Assembly: GCF_011386835.1 (NCBI RefSeq)
Contig: NC_088802.1
Span: 248,001-312,000 of the forward strand
Length of the DNA: 64,000 bases
Direction of reading: 5' to 3'
DNA from: Chrysemys picta bellii
Lineage: Eukaryota
Positions 44,201 through 55,936 of the stretch are shown piece by piece; the first letter of the stretch is position 1, and each line of letters opens with the position of its first letter. Made by a program: the position numbers and the translations under genes. Under the pieces are notes generated by a model, which saw only the letters and a list, made by a program, of their open reading frames with translations, was not told where the DNA came from and searched no databases.

Positions 44201-45091
44201 ATCTCTGACCCCTCCTCTCCCGCTGCTCAGTTTGCAGGGATGGTGCCGTTGGGACGACTCGGGGACCCCAAAGGTGAGACCCCCGACTCAGGGTGCCCTG
44301 TGCAGTGGGGCTGGATCTGCTGGGCGTGGGGAGGAGGGGTGTGGGGCACAGTTCTGGGGGGTGCATGTATAGATTGGGGTACGGCGGGGTTGGGGCTGTG
44401 CACACTGATTTGGGGTGTTGCACAGAAGACTCCCCACTAGGGAAGGGGCCGTGGCTCCCACACGTGTGGCTGTTACTGACCCACCCCCCCTTCTGCCCTC
44501 AGAGGTCGCTGACGTCTGCGTCTTCCTGGCCTCAGACGAGAGTCGCTACATAACAGGGGCCAGTGTGGAGGTGACAGGTATGGGGCGGGAGTCAGGAGCC
44601 AGGACTCCTGGGTTCTCTCCCTGGCTCGGGGAGGGGAGTGGGGGCTGCTGGGTTAGAGCGGGGGGGGGGGCTGGGAGCCAGGACTCCTGGGTTCTATCCC
44701 CAGCTCTGGGAGGGAAGTGGGGGTTGGAGAGTTAGAGCAGGGGGGCTGGGAGCCAGGATTCCTGGGTTCTCTCCCTGGCTTGGGGAGGGGAGTGGGGGCT
44801 GCTGGGTTAAAGCAGGCGGGGCTGGGAGCCAGGACTCCTGGGTTCTCTCCCAGTTCTGGGAGGGGAGTGGGGTCTAGTGAGGTAGAGACCAGCCAGGATG
44901 GATGGGAGGATGGGGTGAGAGACAGAGATATGGGGAGGGGCAGGGATACGGGGTGCTTGGGAGTAGGGGCAGGGGTGGGGGAAAGCGGGAGGAACAGAGA
45001 GACGAGGGAGTGGGGGGAGACAGTTGGGGGCTCCCTCCTCCATCAGGGGCTCCCTCATTCTCTCTCTGTTGCAGGGGGTCTCTTTCTCTGA
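41231..45091 (+). CDS. HSD17B8: 17-beta-hydroxysteroid dehydrogenase 8 / 3-oxoacyl-ACP reductase alpha subunit, 255 aa
   Basis: Exons 41231-41276, 41881-42083, 42543-42659, 42744-42839, 43031-43116, 43488-43572, 44231-44273, 44503-44577, 45075-45091. SDR motifs TGGGSGIG and YAASK; C-terminus VEVTGGLFL. Confidence 0.97.
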
Positions 45092-45239
45092 TGGATCTGC
45101 CTCCAGCCTCTGGACACAGCCCACCGCTGGGAGAAGCAGCAATTGCCAAGTGTCTCCATGAGCTGCCCCCCGGGAAGCCCCCAGCCCTGCAGGATCTGGG
45201 GAGCGGAACTGAGTTGGAGGGTCCGGGGCGGCATATTAA

Positions 45240-45245
45240 AATAAA
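45240..45245 (+). terminator. HSD17B8 poly(A) signal AATAAA
   Basis: About 150 nt after the stop codon, overlapping an ATTAAA. Confidence 0.8.
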
Positions 45246-48200
45246 ACACTGATTGTATCAGGGTGATTCCGTCTCCCATTGATTTCTTCCCTGATGCTGC
45301 CGGACTCCTGGGTTCTATCCCCAGCTCTGGGAAAGGAGGGGGATCTAGTGAGTTAGAGCAGGCAGGGGGCTCTGGGAGCCCGGACTCCTGGGTTCACCTC
45401 CTGGCTCTATGCACTCCGTTCCTCTCGTTGTGCCTCAGTTTCTCCTCTGTAACCCAACGACAAATCCCTGGAGGAGGCTGCGTGTGGGGCTGCATTCATG
45501 AGTGTTTGCAGCCGCGGGGGGTGGGGGGAGCCTGGGACTGGGGAAAAGGGGAGGGACTGGCACAGGTGGGGGGCAGGGATTTGGGGCCTGGGGGTATAAG
45601 AACTGGGGCGAGGGGAGGAGTGGGGATATTGGGGAGGGGCTGTGGGATTAGAGTACTATGGGGTGGTGGAGGCAGGGAGTGGGGGGCTGTGGGGAGGGGA
45701 AGAGGTTTGGGGAAAAGTGGATTGGGGGCTGTGGAGAGGAGGGGCAGGGAGTGGCGGGGCTGTGGGAAGGGAAGGAGAGGGTGGGGGGAAGAGGGGATTA
45801 AGGGACTGTAGGGAGGAGGGGCAGGGGGTTGGGGGGCTGTAGGGAGGGGATGGGGCTGTGGGGAGGAGGGGCAGGGGGATTGGGGGGCTGTAGGGAGGGG
45901 ATGGGGCTGTGGGGAGGAGGGGCAGGGGGATTGGGGGCTGTAGGGAAGGGATGGGGCTGTGGGGAGGAGGGGCAGGGGGAGTGGAGGGCTGTGGGGAGGA
46001 GGAGCAGGGGGATTAGGGGGCTGGATGTGGAGAGGGGAGGGGGCTCTGTCCGTCCCACACGCTTCCCTCCTGTTTGAAGCCGCCGCCCCCTTGTCCCGGC
46101 GGGGCGGGCGGTGGGGGGGGGGGTCGGTGGGGGGAGATGCCTCCTATTCACAGCCCCATCTCTCAGGGCAACGGCCGGGGGCGGGGGAGCCGCGCACAAA
46201 GGGGGCAGAGGGGAGGGAGGGACCCTCGTGTGTCAGAGCCAGGATGGGGGGGGCCCTTTGGGGGGCTGAGCCCTTCTCCCCCTGTGTAAGCCCTAATCTC
46301 GGGGGCTGAGCCCCTCGCCCTGCCCCCCAAGTAAGCTGGGGGGGTTGAGCCCCCCTCCCTGCCCCCCAAGAGCTGGGAGCTGGTGGTCTGGGCCCCTCTG
46401 GGGTGGTCTGAGCCCCTCCCCCACCGCCCTGGGTGGCTGCCGGGCGGGGGGCGGCGGGGGGACACACACCGCGCCCCATAGTGGAGGGGGCGGACCCATC
46501 CCCATTCAGGCAGCTTCCCCCGAGCCTATTCAGCGGCCGGAGGGTCCCCCGCCCCCTCCCCCTCCTGCCTATTGTGGCCCAGCTGCCCGGCCCCTCGAGG
46601 AGGTTGTGGGGGGGGTCCGGCCGGAGCCTGTCCCAGCTCACACACCCGGGACGGAGCCGGCGCACAGAGCCCAGGACGGGGTTCGGGGAGGGGTGGGGGG
46701 ATCCGTGCGCCCCCCATGGGAAATGGGGGGGAGGGAGATGGGGGGGCAGCACCCCCTCTTAGCTGCTGTGGGGAGGGGGCGGAGGGAGGAAACCAGACAC
46801 CCCATCTCATGCGGGGGGCTCGGCCGGAGCCCCCAGGGGCGAGGGAGCCGGTGGGCAGGGGCTGGGGGGTTCAGAGGGGGCAGGAATAGGGGGTGGGATG
46901 GGTGCTGGGGGGGATTTGGGGTGGAGGTCTGGGGCTATGTGGGGAGGGGACTGGATTTGGGGCTGGGAGCGGGAATGGGGCTGCAGGGGGTTGTGGGGGG
47001 ATTTGGGGGGGATTTCCCCAGCGTGGGTGGGGGGTAGGAATGGGGCTGGGAGCGGGCCGGTTGTGTGGGGGCTGGGACACAGGATGGGGGAGATGGGGGT
47101 GGTCAGGGTGGGGTGTAGGGATGGGGGAGCAGGGTGGGGGTAGTGAGCAGGGAAGTGGGGGAAGGAATAGGGGGCTGGATTGGGAGGGATTGGGGGGCAG
47201 GAAGGGGAGCAGGAATTAACCCCTTTTCTCCCTCCCCATGAGGGGGAATTTAGGACGGCAACAGGTGGAGTTCCCCCCCATCACATACTGACCCCAATGG
47301 GGGGAACTGGTGTCAAACCTCCCCCCCCCCCCACAGCTGGCCTGGGACGGATGGACAGCCGGACAGCCAGGGACTTTGCAAACCCTTCCTCTTTGTGTCT
47401 GATGGGGGAACACCCCCAGCTCCTGAGGGGCGGGAGTCGGGGGGCTGGGGGAGGTCTGTCCAGCCGTCTCTCCCCACCTGTTTCTAGGCGGGAGTTGCTG
47501 CGGGGGAGGGGGCTGGAGAAGCTTGTGTTAGCTTGTGGGCTTGTTAGCTCCTGTATGTTCTGGGTTGTGTCAGCCGGGGTTGGGGGGTGTCCTGCATGTT
47601 AACATGTGTGGCAGTCCAGGGCTGGCTGGGTTAATGTGTGGGAGGATGCGTCGCCATATGTGTTTAGCAGACAGGCTGTTGGGCGTCCCACGTGTGTTAG
47701 TGTGTCTCTGCGTGTGTACATGTGTATGGGCTAGTGTGAGGGCTGGTGGGGGTCCCCGTGTGTATGGGTGTGCGCTAGCTTGTGCATTAGCATGTAGGAT
47801 TTTGGGTGTCCTTTGTGTTATTGGGAGGGCTGCAAGGTGTCCCATGTGTCTCATGTGTACATGCCTGTGTTATTGTGTAGGAGTCAGGTCTCTGGCACGC
47901 TGAGAGCTTTGCGGTGTCTGTGGCCATGCGTGTTGCGTGAGGGTTGTGACGTGCACTGCACGCTAGTGTGTAGGATTTACAGTGTCTGTGTTAGCGTGTT
48001 GCTTGAGGGTATCCTGTGTGTTACCATGTCTTGAGGGGTGTTAGTGTGTGTCAGGCATGTGGGATGGAGGGGTTCTGCATGTTAGCGTGTGGGCTGTAAG
48101 GTGTCCTGGGTGCTAGCATGTGACATGCATTATCCAGGGGAATCTCCATGGGACCTCTCAGCACTCGGTGGGGGGAGAACTGACCCTCTAGGACCACCCT

Positions 48201-49997
48201 GTCCTGGGACCATCCTGAGGGACTATTCCGGGCTGGGCTGTCTCAGACCCATCCCCCCCAGTCCATGTCCCATGCCTAGGTTCCAGGGATCGGGGTCCAC
48301 AGGGTGAGTTCCCTGCTTTCGTTAATTGACTGATTGTGTGTGTGTGTGTGTGTGTTAGGAGGTAAAGGGTGAGCTCCTGAGGTCACACACATGTGAATTC
48401 CTGGGATTATCCATGTGTGCTCTCAAGATATCTGGGTTCATATGTGGGACCCAGGTCTCAGTGGTCATTGAGTTCAGGCAGGCATGTGTCAGACGTGTGT
48501 GTGTATGTGTGTGCACGCACCTCCACATTTACTTCCATGTGTGTAGAGGATCATGTATGTGGGATTACATGTACTGACATCACAGCTCACACTTGGGTGA
48601 AGCCACGTGTAGATCACGTGTGAAGCAGATGCCATGTTTAATGGTGAGCTCGTGTGTTTGCAAGAACATAAGAATTGATGTTTATTTCTGATTAGACAAT
48701 GTTGGATCACATTTATCTGTGAGTTCATGCATGTCTGCATTCAAGTTCTTGTGAAGTCACATTGACACTTGTGCAATTCCATGTGTACGCCTGTCACACC
48801 CTGTGCTGCTTGTGAGTGCGGGTGTGTCAGAGGTCATGGGAGCTCAGTGTTGTGCCAGACGATTGATGTGAGTTTGTGTGTGTTAATTAGCCTTGCTCAT
48901 AAGTCTGTGAGCTCAGCTGTGGTCAGTTTGTATCACATGCATATGTGAACTCATGTGAATGAGCTCACGTGTTTGAAGAGCTCCTACATGTAAGAGTATG
49001 TTTGAGTTCATGTGTGTTTGTGGTTATGTATGCACATGCAGGTGGGTGGTGAGCTCACATGTGTTTACATCATGGTTCACGTTTTTTTTACTACATGTCT
49101 GTGCCACACAAGGTCACTTTTTTTTTTTTTTTGGTTCATGGATGGCATGAGGGCATATATGTGAGTTAACAAAGATTTGCATCAGAGTTCATACATGTGT
49201 GAGTTCATGTTACCCATGATTCCATGTGTGTTTGGACCAGATCCCATGTGTCAGTTCCTATGTTTGAGTTTACACGTCTGACAGCTCACGTGTATAGCTG
49301 TGAGTTAACATCTGTTTGCATAACAGCTCATGACTGCCATGTTCAAATGGACACATGTTCATGCCAGGGATCACACGTGTGTGAGTGTGCGGGTTTATGT
49401 GCATTTGTAGCCAATCATGTATATGAGGTCACATGACCAGATTCACGTGTGTTGGTTGCCCTGTTTGCACGTGTAGATTCATATGTTTAGACAACTCTAT
49501 TGACAACAGAGTTCACTTTTGTAGCAGACTCATTTATTGTGGGTTCATGTATGTTTGCATCAGGCACTGTGTGTGTGTTCACATATATGCTTGTGTATGG
49601 TGTGTGATGCGTGTGTGTGATTGTGTGTGATAACGTGTATGATTGTATAGTGTGTCTGAATTCACGTGTTTGCATCACAGCTCACCCATGTGCAAGCCTA
49701 TGGGTTTCCAGTTCAGTTCAGACGTGTAATGTGACACATGTGAGCTGGACATGTTTGCATAATGGCTTATACATGTGATATCGTGCCTGTGAGTTCACAC
49801 TGATCTGAACCCCAGTCCACAGCTGTTCCAGCCCAAATGCTTATCAGCATGTTGCCGTCCTGTGTTGGTCTCACTGCTCATGGGAGGTGACGTGTGTGAA
49901 TCGTCCCCCTCACGCTGTCATTCATACCCCTCCCTGCACCGTGGCTGCCCCCACATATCCCCCAGCCCCCAACTCTGCCCACGGCCTGCACTGAACA

Positions 49998-50068
49998 CCG
50001 GCTCCTGATTGTCCAAACGCAATTCTTGTGTCTGCGCCCAAGAATTGAGTGTGGACGTCGTGAGCCGG
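49998..50068 (+). ncRNA. MIR219: microRNA mir-219 precursor (mir-219a-1 orthologue by position)
   Basis: Exact mature miR-219-5p TGATTGTCCAAACGCAATTCT at 50006-50026, with complementary 3p arm AGAATTGAGTGTGGACGTC from 50041 and closing stem CCGGCTC/GAGCCGG. Lies between HSD17B8 and RING1 as in mammals. Confidence 0.97.
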
Positions 50069-50634
50069 GGTTTCCTATCGACGCCTGGCGGAGACGGGGG
50101 GGGGGGGACGACCCCCACAGCACCCCACACAGCCTGGGGGAATGGGGCCTGTCCCCTCTACGGGGTGCCGGCTCCCATCCGGCCCCAGGGCGGGGACTGG
50201 CTGGCTCAGGGGGCGGGGGGAGAGGGCGGGTGACTGTCCCCTTCCAACCTCCCTCATCCATCACCCCAAACTTGTCAGCCCCTATGACCTCTGCCCTTTG
50301 ACCCCCCCATCTCATTATCTCTATGGAGACCAGTGGCCAACCTTGGCAGGTGGCAACCCATAACCTGGGGATTATCCCGCCCCACCTTCACCATGTGAAA
50401 ACTGATTGGCCAACGGGTGGGGGTGCAAATATAGGTGCAAATGATTGGTCGACAGATGGCAGGGAATATAGACAGCGCCCTCTGATTGGCTGCTAGGGAA
50501 GGTCACAAACCCAATTGGCTGAATGTACTTGCCAGCTCCCTCCCCCTGCCCATTCTGGTTGGACAAGAGGTGGGGAGATATGGATTTGTCATGACCTGAT
50601 TGGCCAACGGTGTGAAGGCGACACTCTCTGATTG

Positions 50635-50937
50635 AAGAACAGGAGGACTTGTGGCACCTTAGAGACTAACAAATTTATTAGAGCATAAGCTTTCGTGGAC
50701 TACAGCCCACTTCTTCGGATGCATATAGAATGGAACATATATTGAGGAGATATATATGCTCTCTGTATGTGTGTATATATATCTCCTCAATATATGTTCC
50801 ATTCTATATGCATCCGAAGAAGTGGTCTGTAGCCCACGAAAGCTTATGCTCTAATAAATTTGTTAGTCTCTAAGGTGCCACAAGTACTCCTGTTCTTCTT
50901 TTTGCGGATACAGACTAACACGGCTGCTACTCTGAAA
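50635..50937. mobile_element. Penelope-like retroelement remnant: 123-bp inverted repeat plus 40-bp tail
   Basis: Arms 50635-50757 and 50775-50897 with about 3 mismatches; 12-bp TSD ACTCTCTGATTG (50623-50634, 50938-50949); hammerhead-like cores in both arms. Confidence 0.85.
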
Positions 50938-52384
50938 ACTCTCTGATTGGCTGACAGGTGGGGGGCATGCAGGTGGCTCAGGGTTTAGGGTACAGTGCCC
51001 CCCGAAGTGTTAAGGGGCCATTTCCAGGGCGGCAGGGCCTGACAGCAGAGCCCGGGGCAGAGGGAGGCGAGGGGAGACCCTGGTTGGGGTGACGGGGCAG
51101 TGAGGAGAGGGGGGTGGGGCTCTGCCTGTGTCTGGTGTGAGCCCCTCCCAACTCCAACCCTAGCGCTAACTACCCCACCCCCACTCCCGCCCCATAATCC
51201 TCTGGGCCCTTTCACTGGGCACAATGGGCAGGGGGGGGGGGCGAGGGGAGGGGGGCAGCCTGTGTGGTCCCAGCCCCATACAAAGGCCCGGCAGAGACAC
51301 CCAGAGCAGCTACTGCTCCCCGCCCACCCCCCTTCTTAGCTTTACCCCACCCCACCCCCTTTCCTAGCCAGCCCCTCCCCCCCCCAGCAAACACCGAGCC
51401 CCTGTCCCCAAGGGGGCGAATGGGGGGGGTCAGGTCAGGAGGCTGGGGGAGAGAGAGAGAGAGGAAGGGGGCACTGGCAGGCAGCCCACCCGCCCTCTTT
51501 CACCCCATCTGCACCCCCAACCCCTCCAGTCTCCTTCAATTCCAACCCGGCCCCCTGCTAGCTCAGCCCTGGGCTCCCCCCGCCCCCCAGCGCTGCCAGT
51601 GCCCCTCACTCCTGACCTGCAGCCCCCCCCCAGTTCCCAAGTTCTGGGGTCACCCTGATGGAGGTGTTGTGGGGGGTAATGGCAGGTAAATCAGACGTGG
51701 GGGGGGGTCCCGCAGCTACGGGGAATAGACTCTGGGGTCTCTGTCTCGGGGGGCTGGGGGTCCCGGTCTAGGGGGTTAAGCTCCGCCTAGTGTGAGGGAT
51801 CGGGGGGGGGCAGGGGAGGGACAGGGTGGGTGGTTAAATCCCTTCAGAAATGGGTCTGGGGGAGTCTGTTGGGGCCAGGACCTCCCTGTGGGCAGGGCTG
51901 GGGGTCGCTGTGGGAGGGGGCATTGGGGAAGGTCTCTGTTGGGGGGCTTGGGGGGGTCTCTCGGGGGGGAGACTCTCTGGGGGAAGGGCCGTGGGGGTCT
52001 CATTAAAGGGGGCTGGGGGGGTCTCAGTCTCAGGGGTCTCTCCAGAGGGGAGGGGGGATTCTCTGGGTGAGGGGCCATGGGGGTCTCATTGAGGGGGGCT
52101 GGGGGTCTCTCCAGAGGGGAGGGGGGTCTCTCTGGGGAGGGGCCGGGGGGTCTCATTGAGGGGGGCCGGGGGGTCTCTCCAGAGGGGAGGGGGGACTCTC
52201 TGGGTGAGGGGCCATGGGGGTCTCATTGAGGGGGGCCGGGGGGTCTCTCCAGAGGGGAGGGGGGTCTGTCTGGGGGAGGGGCCGGGGGGTCTCATTGAGG
52301 GGGGCCGGGGGGTCTCTCCAGAGGGGAGGGGGTCTCTCTGGGGGAGGGGCCGGGGGGTCTCTGTCTCGGGGGAATTCCCCGGGA

Positions 52385-52578
52385 TCCCCGCCCGCCCCGT
52401 TCCGCTTCGGGAGGGGGCGTGGCCGGGCGGGTGACATCACCGGCGGTGGAGGGGGGGAGTACCTGGCGTCACGGGGAGGGAAGGGAGGAAGTGACGTCTC
52501 TGATGGAGGGGAGGCCCCGCCCCCCCGAAAGTGAAGGAGGAAAAAAAACCTTGTTTGTGTGTCGGACCCGGAGAGTCG
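52385..52578 (+). promoter_or_regulatory. RING1 promoter and non-coding exon 1
   Basis: CpG-rich, with GC boxes, an ETS-CRE composite GGAAGTGACGT (52487-52497) and donor TCG|GTGAGG at 52578. Confidence 0.7.
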
Positions 52579-52584
52579 GTGAGG

Positions 52585-55500
52585 GGGGGCCCTGCAGCTG
52601 GGGGGATCCTGGGGGGCTGGGAATGGGGGGGCCCTGCAGCTGGGGGGACCCTGGGGGGCTGGGAATGGGGGGGCCTGCAGCTGGGGGGCCCTGGGGGGCT
52701 GGGAATGGGGGGGGCTACAGCTGGGGCGACCCTGGGGGGCTGGGAATGGGGGGGCTGGGAATGGGGGGGCCTGCAGCTGGGGGGACCCTGGGGGGCTGGG
52801 AATGGGGGGGCCTGCAGCTGGGGGGCCCTGGGGGGCTGGGAATGGGGGGGCCCTGCAGCTGGGGGGACCCTGGGGGGCTGGGAATGGGGGGGCCTGCAGC
52901 TGGGGGGCCCTGGGGGGCTGGGAATGGGGGGGCTACAGCTGGGGCGACCCTGGGGGGCTGGGAATGGGGGGACCCTGGGGGCTGGGAATGGGGGGGGCCC
53001 TGCAGCTGGGGGGCCCTGGGGGGCTGGGAATGGGGGGGGCCTTGCAGCTGGGGGGCCCTGGGGGGCTGGGAATGGGGGGGCCCTGCAGCTGGGGGGACCC
53101 TGGGGGGCTGGGAATGGGGGGGCCTGCAGCTGGGGGGCCCTGGGGGGCTGGGAATGGGGGGGGGCTACAGCTGGGGCGACCCTGGGGGGCTGGGAATGGG
53201 GGGGCCCTGGGGGCTGGGAATGGGGGGGCCCTGCAGCTGGGGGGCCCTGGGGGGCTGGGAATGGGGGGGCCCTGCAGCTGGGGGGACCCTGGGGGGCTGG
53301 GAATGGGGGGGCCTGCAGCTGGGGGGCCCTGGGGGGCTGGGAATGGGGGGGGGCTACAGCTGGGGCGACCCTGGGGGGCTGGGAATGGGGGGCGCCCTGC
53401 AGCTGGGGGGACCCTGGGGGCTGGGAATGGGGGGACCCTGCAGCTGGGGGGACCCTGGGGGGCTGGGAATGGGGGGGGGCCTACAGCTGGGGCGACCCTG
53501 GGGGGCTGGGAATGGGGGGCGCCCTGCAGCTGGGGGGACCCTGGGGGGCTGGGAATGGGGGGCACCCTGCAGCTGGGGGGACCCTGGGGGCTGGGAATGG
53601 GGGGACCCTGGGGGCTGGGGGGACCCTGGCGGCTGGGAATGGGGGGACCCTGGGGGCTGGGGGAGCCTGGGGGGCTGGGAATGGGGGGACCCTGGGGGCT
53701 GGGGGAGCCTGGGGGGCTGGGAATGGGGGGGCCCTGCAGCTGGGGGAGCCTAGGGGGCTGGGAATGGGGGTACCCTGGGGGCTGGGGGGAGCCTGGGAAT
53801 GGGGGTACCCTGGGGGCTGGGGGAGCCTGGGGGGCTGGGAATGGGGGGTACCCTGGGGGCTGGGGGAGCCTGGGGGGCTGGGAATGGGGGGGCCCTGCAG
53901 CTGGGGGGACCCTGGGGGCTGGGAATGGGGGGGCCCTGCAGTTGGGGGGACCCTGGGGGCTGGGAATGGGGGGGGCCCTGCAGCTGGGGGAGCCTGGGGG
54001 GCTGGGAATGGGGGGATCCTGCAGCTGGGGGAGCCTGGGGGCTGGGAATGGGGGGGGCACTGCAGCTGGGGAGACCCTGGGGGGCTGGGAATGGGGGGGC
54101 TGGGAATGGGGGGGCCCTGGGGGCTGGGAATGGGGGGGGCCTGCAGCTGGGGGGCCCTGGGGGGCTGGGAATGGGGGGGCCCTGCAGCTGGGGGGACCCT
54201 GGGGGGCTGGGAATGGGGGGGCCTGCAGCTGGGGGGCCCTGGGGGGCTGGGAATGGGGGGGGCTACAGCTGGGGCGACCCTGGGGGGCTGGGAATGGGGG
54301 GGCTGGGAATGGGGGGGCCCTGGGGGCTGGGAATGGGGGGGCCCTGCAGCTGGGGGGCCCTGGGGGGCTGGGAATGGGGGGGACCTGCAGCTGGGGGGAC
54401 CCTGGGGGGCTGGGAATGGGGGGGCCTGCAGCTGGGGGGCCCTGGGGGGCTGGGAATGGGGGGGGCTACAGCTGGGGCGACCCTGGGGGGCTGGGAATGG
54501 GGGGCGCCCTGCAGCTGGGGGGACCCTGGGGGCTGGGAATGGGGGGGACCCTGCAGCTGGGGGGACCCTGGGGGGCTGGGAATGGGGGGGGGCCTACAGC
54601 TGGGGCGACCCTGGGGGGCTGGGAATGGGGGGCGCCCTGCAGCTGGGGGGACCCTGGGGGGCTGGGAATGGGGGGGCCCTGCAGCTGGGGGGCCCTGGGG
54701 GGCTGGGAATGGGGGGGCCCTGCAGCTGGGGGGCCCTGGGGGGCTGGGAATGGGGGGGCCCTGCAGCTGGGGGGACCCTGGGGGGCTGGGAATGGGGGGG
54801 CCTGCAGCTGGGGGGCCCTGGGGGGCTGGGAATGGGGGGGGCTACAGCTGGGGCGACCCTGGGGGGCTGGGAATGGGGGGGCTGGGAATGGGGGGGCCCT
54901 GGGGGGCTGGGAATGGGGGGGCCCTGCAGCTGGGGGGCCCTGGGGGGCTGGGAATGGGGGGGCCCTGCAGCTGGGGGGACCCTGGGGGGCTGGGAATGGG
55001 GGGGCCTGCAGCTGGGGGGCCCTGGGGGGCTGGGAATGGGGGGGGCTACAGCTGGGGTGACCCTGGGGGGCTGGGAATGGGGGGCGCCCTGCAGCTGGGG
55101 GGACCCTGGGGGCTGGGAATGGGGGGACCCTGCAGCTGGGGGGACCCTGGGGGGCTGGGAATGGGGGGGGCCCTACAGCTGGGGCGACCCTGGGGGGCTG
55201 GGAATGGGGGGCGCCCTGCAGCTGGGGGGACCCTGGGGGGCTGGGAATGGGGGGCACCCTGCAGCTGGGGGGACCCTGGGGGCTGGGAATGGGGGGACCC
55301 TGGGGGCTGGGGGGACCCTGGGGGCTGGGAATGGGGGGACCCTGGGGGCTGGGGGGCTGGGAATGGGGGGACCCTGGGGGCTGGGGGAGCCTGGGGGGCT
55401 GGGAATGGGGGGGCCCTGCAGCTGGGGGAGCCTAGGGGGCTGGGAATGGGGGTACCCTGGGGGCTGGGGGGAGCCTGGGAATGGGGGTACCCTGGGGGCT

Positions 55501-55735
55501 GGGGGAGCCTGGGGGGCTGGGAATGGGGGGGCCCTGCAGCTGGGGGGACCCTGGGGGCTGGGAATGGGGGGGCCCTGCAGTTGGGGGGACCCTGGGGGCT
55601 GGGAATGGGGGGGGCCCTGCAGCTGGGGGAGCCTGGGGGGCTGGGAATGGGGGGATCCTGCAGCTGGGGGAGCCTGGGGGGCTGGGAATGGGGGGGCACT
55701 GCAGCTGGGGAGACCCTGGGGGGCTGGGAAGGGGG
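52585..55735. repeat. About 3.1-kb G-rich minisatellite (GGGGGGCTGGGAATGGGGGGGCCCTGCAGCTGGGGGGACCCT, about 40 bp) in RING1 intron 1
   Basis: Roughly 80 units with higher-order repetition. Confidence 0.97.
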
Positions 55736-55936
55736 CGAAAATCCTGTGACTCGAGGAGGGACAGTTCTGGCTCGGGGGACCCTGGGGGCTGGGAGATGGG
55801 GGAAGAGTGGGAGGCTCAAGGGGCAGCCCCTGGGGAGTTCGGTGTATGTGGGGAGCTTCCTGGGTAACCCCAGCTTTGGCTGCTCCCCATTAATCTGTCT
55901 CCCCCCCCAGCTCCCCTCCCCTCGGCCCCCACCACC

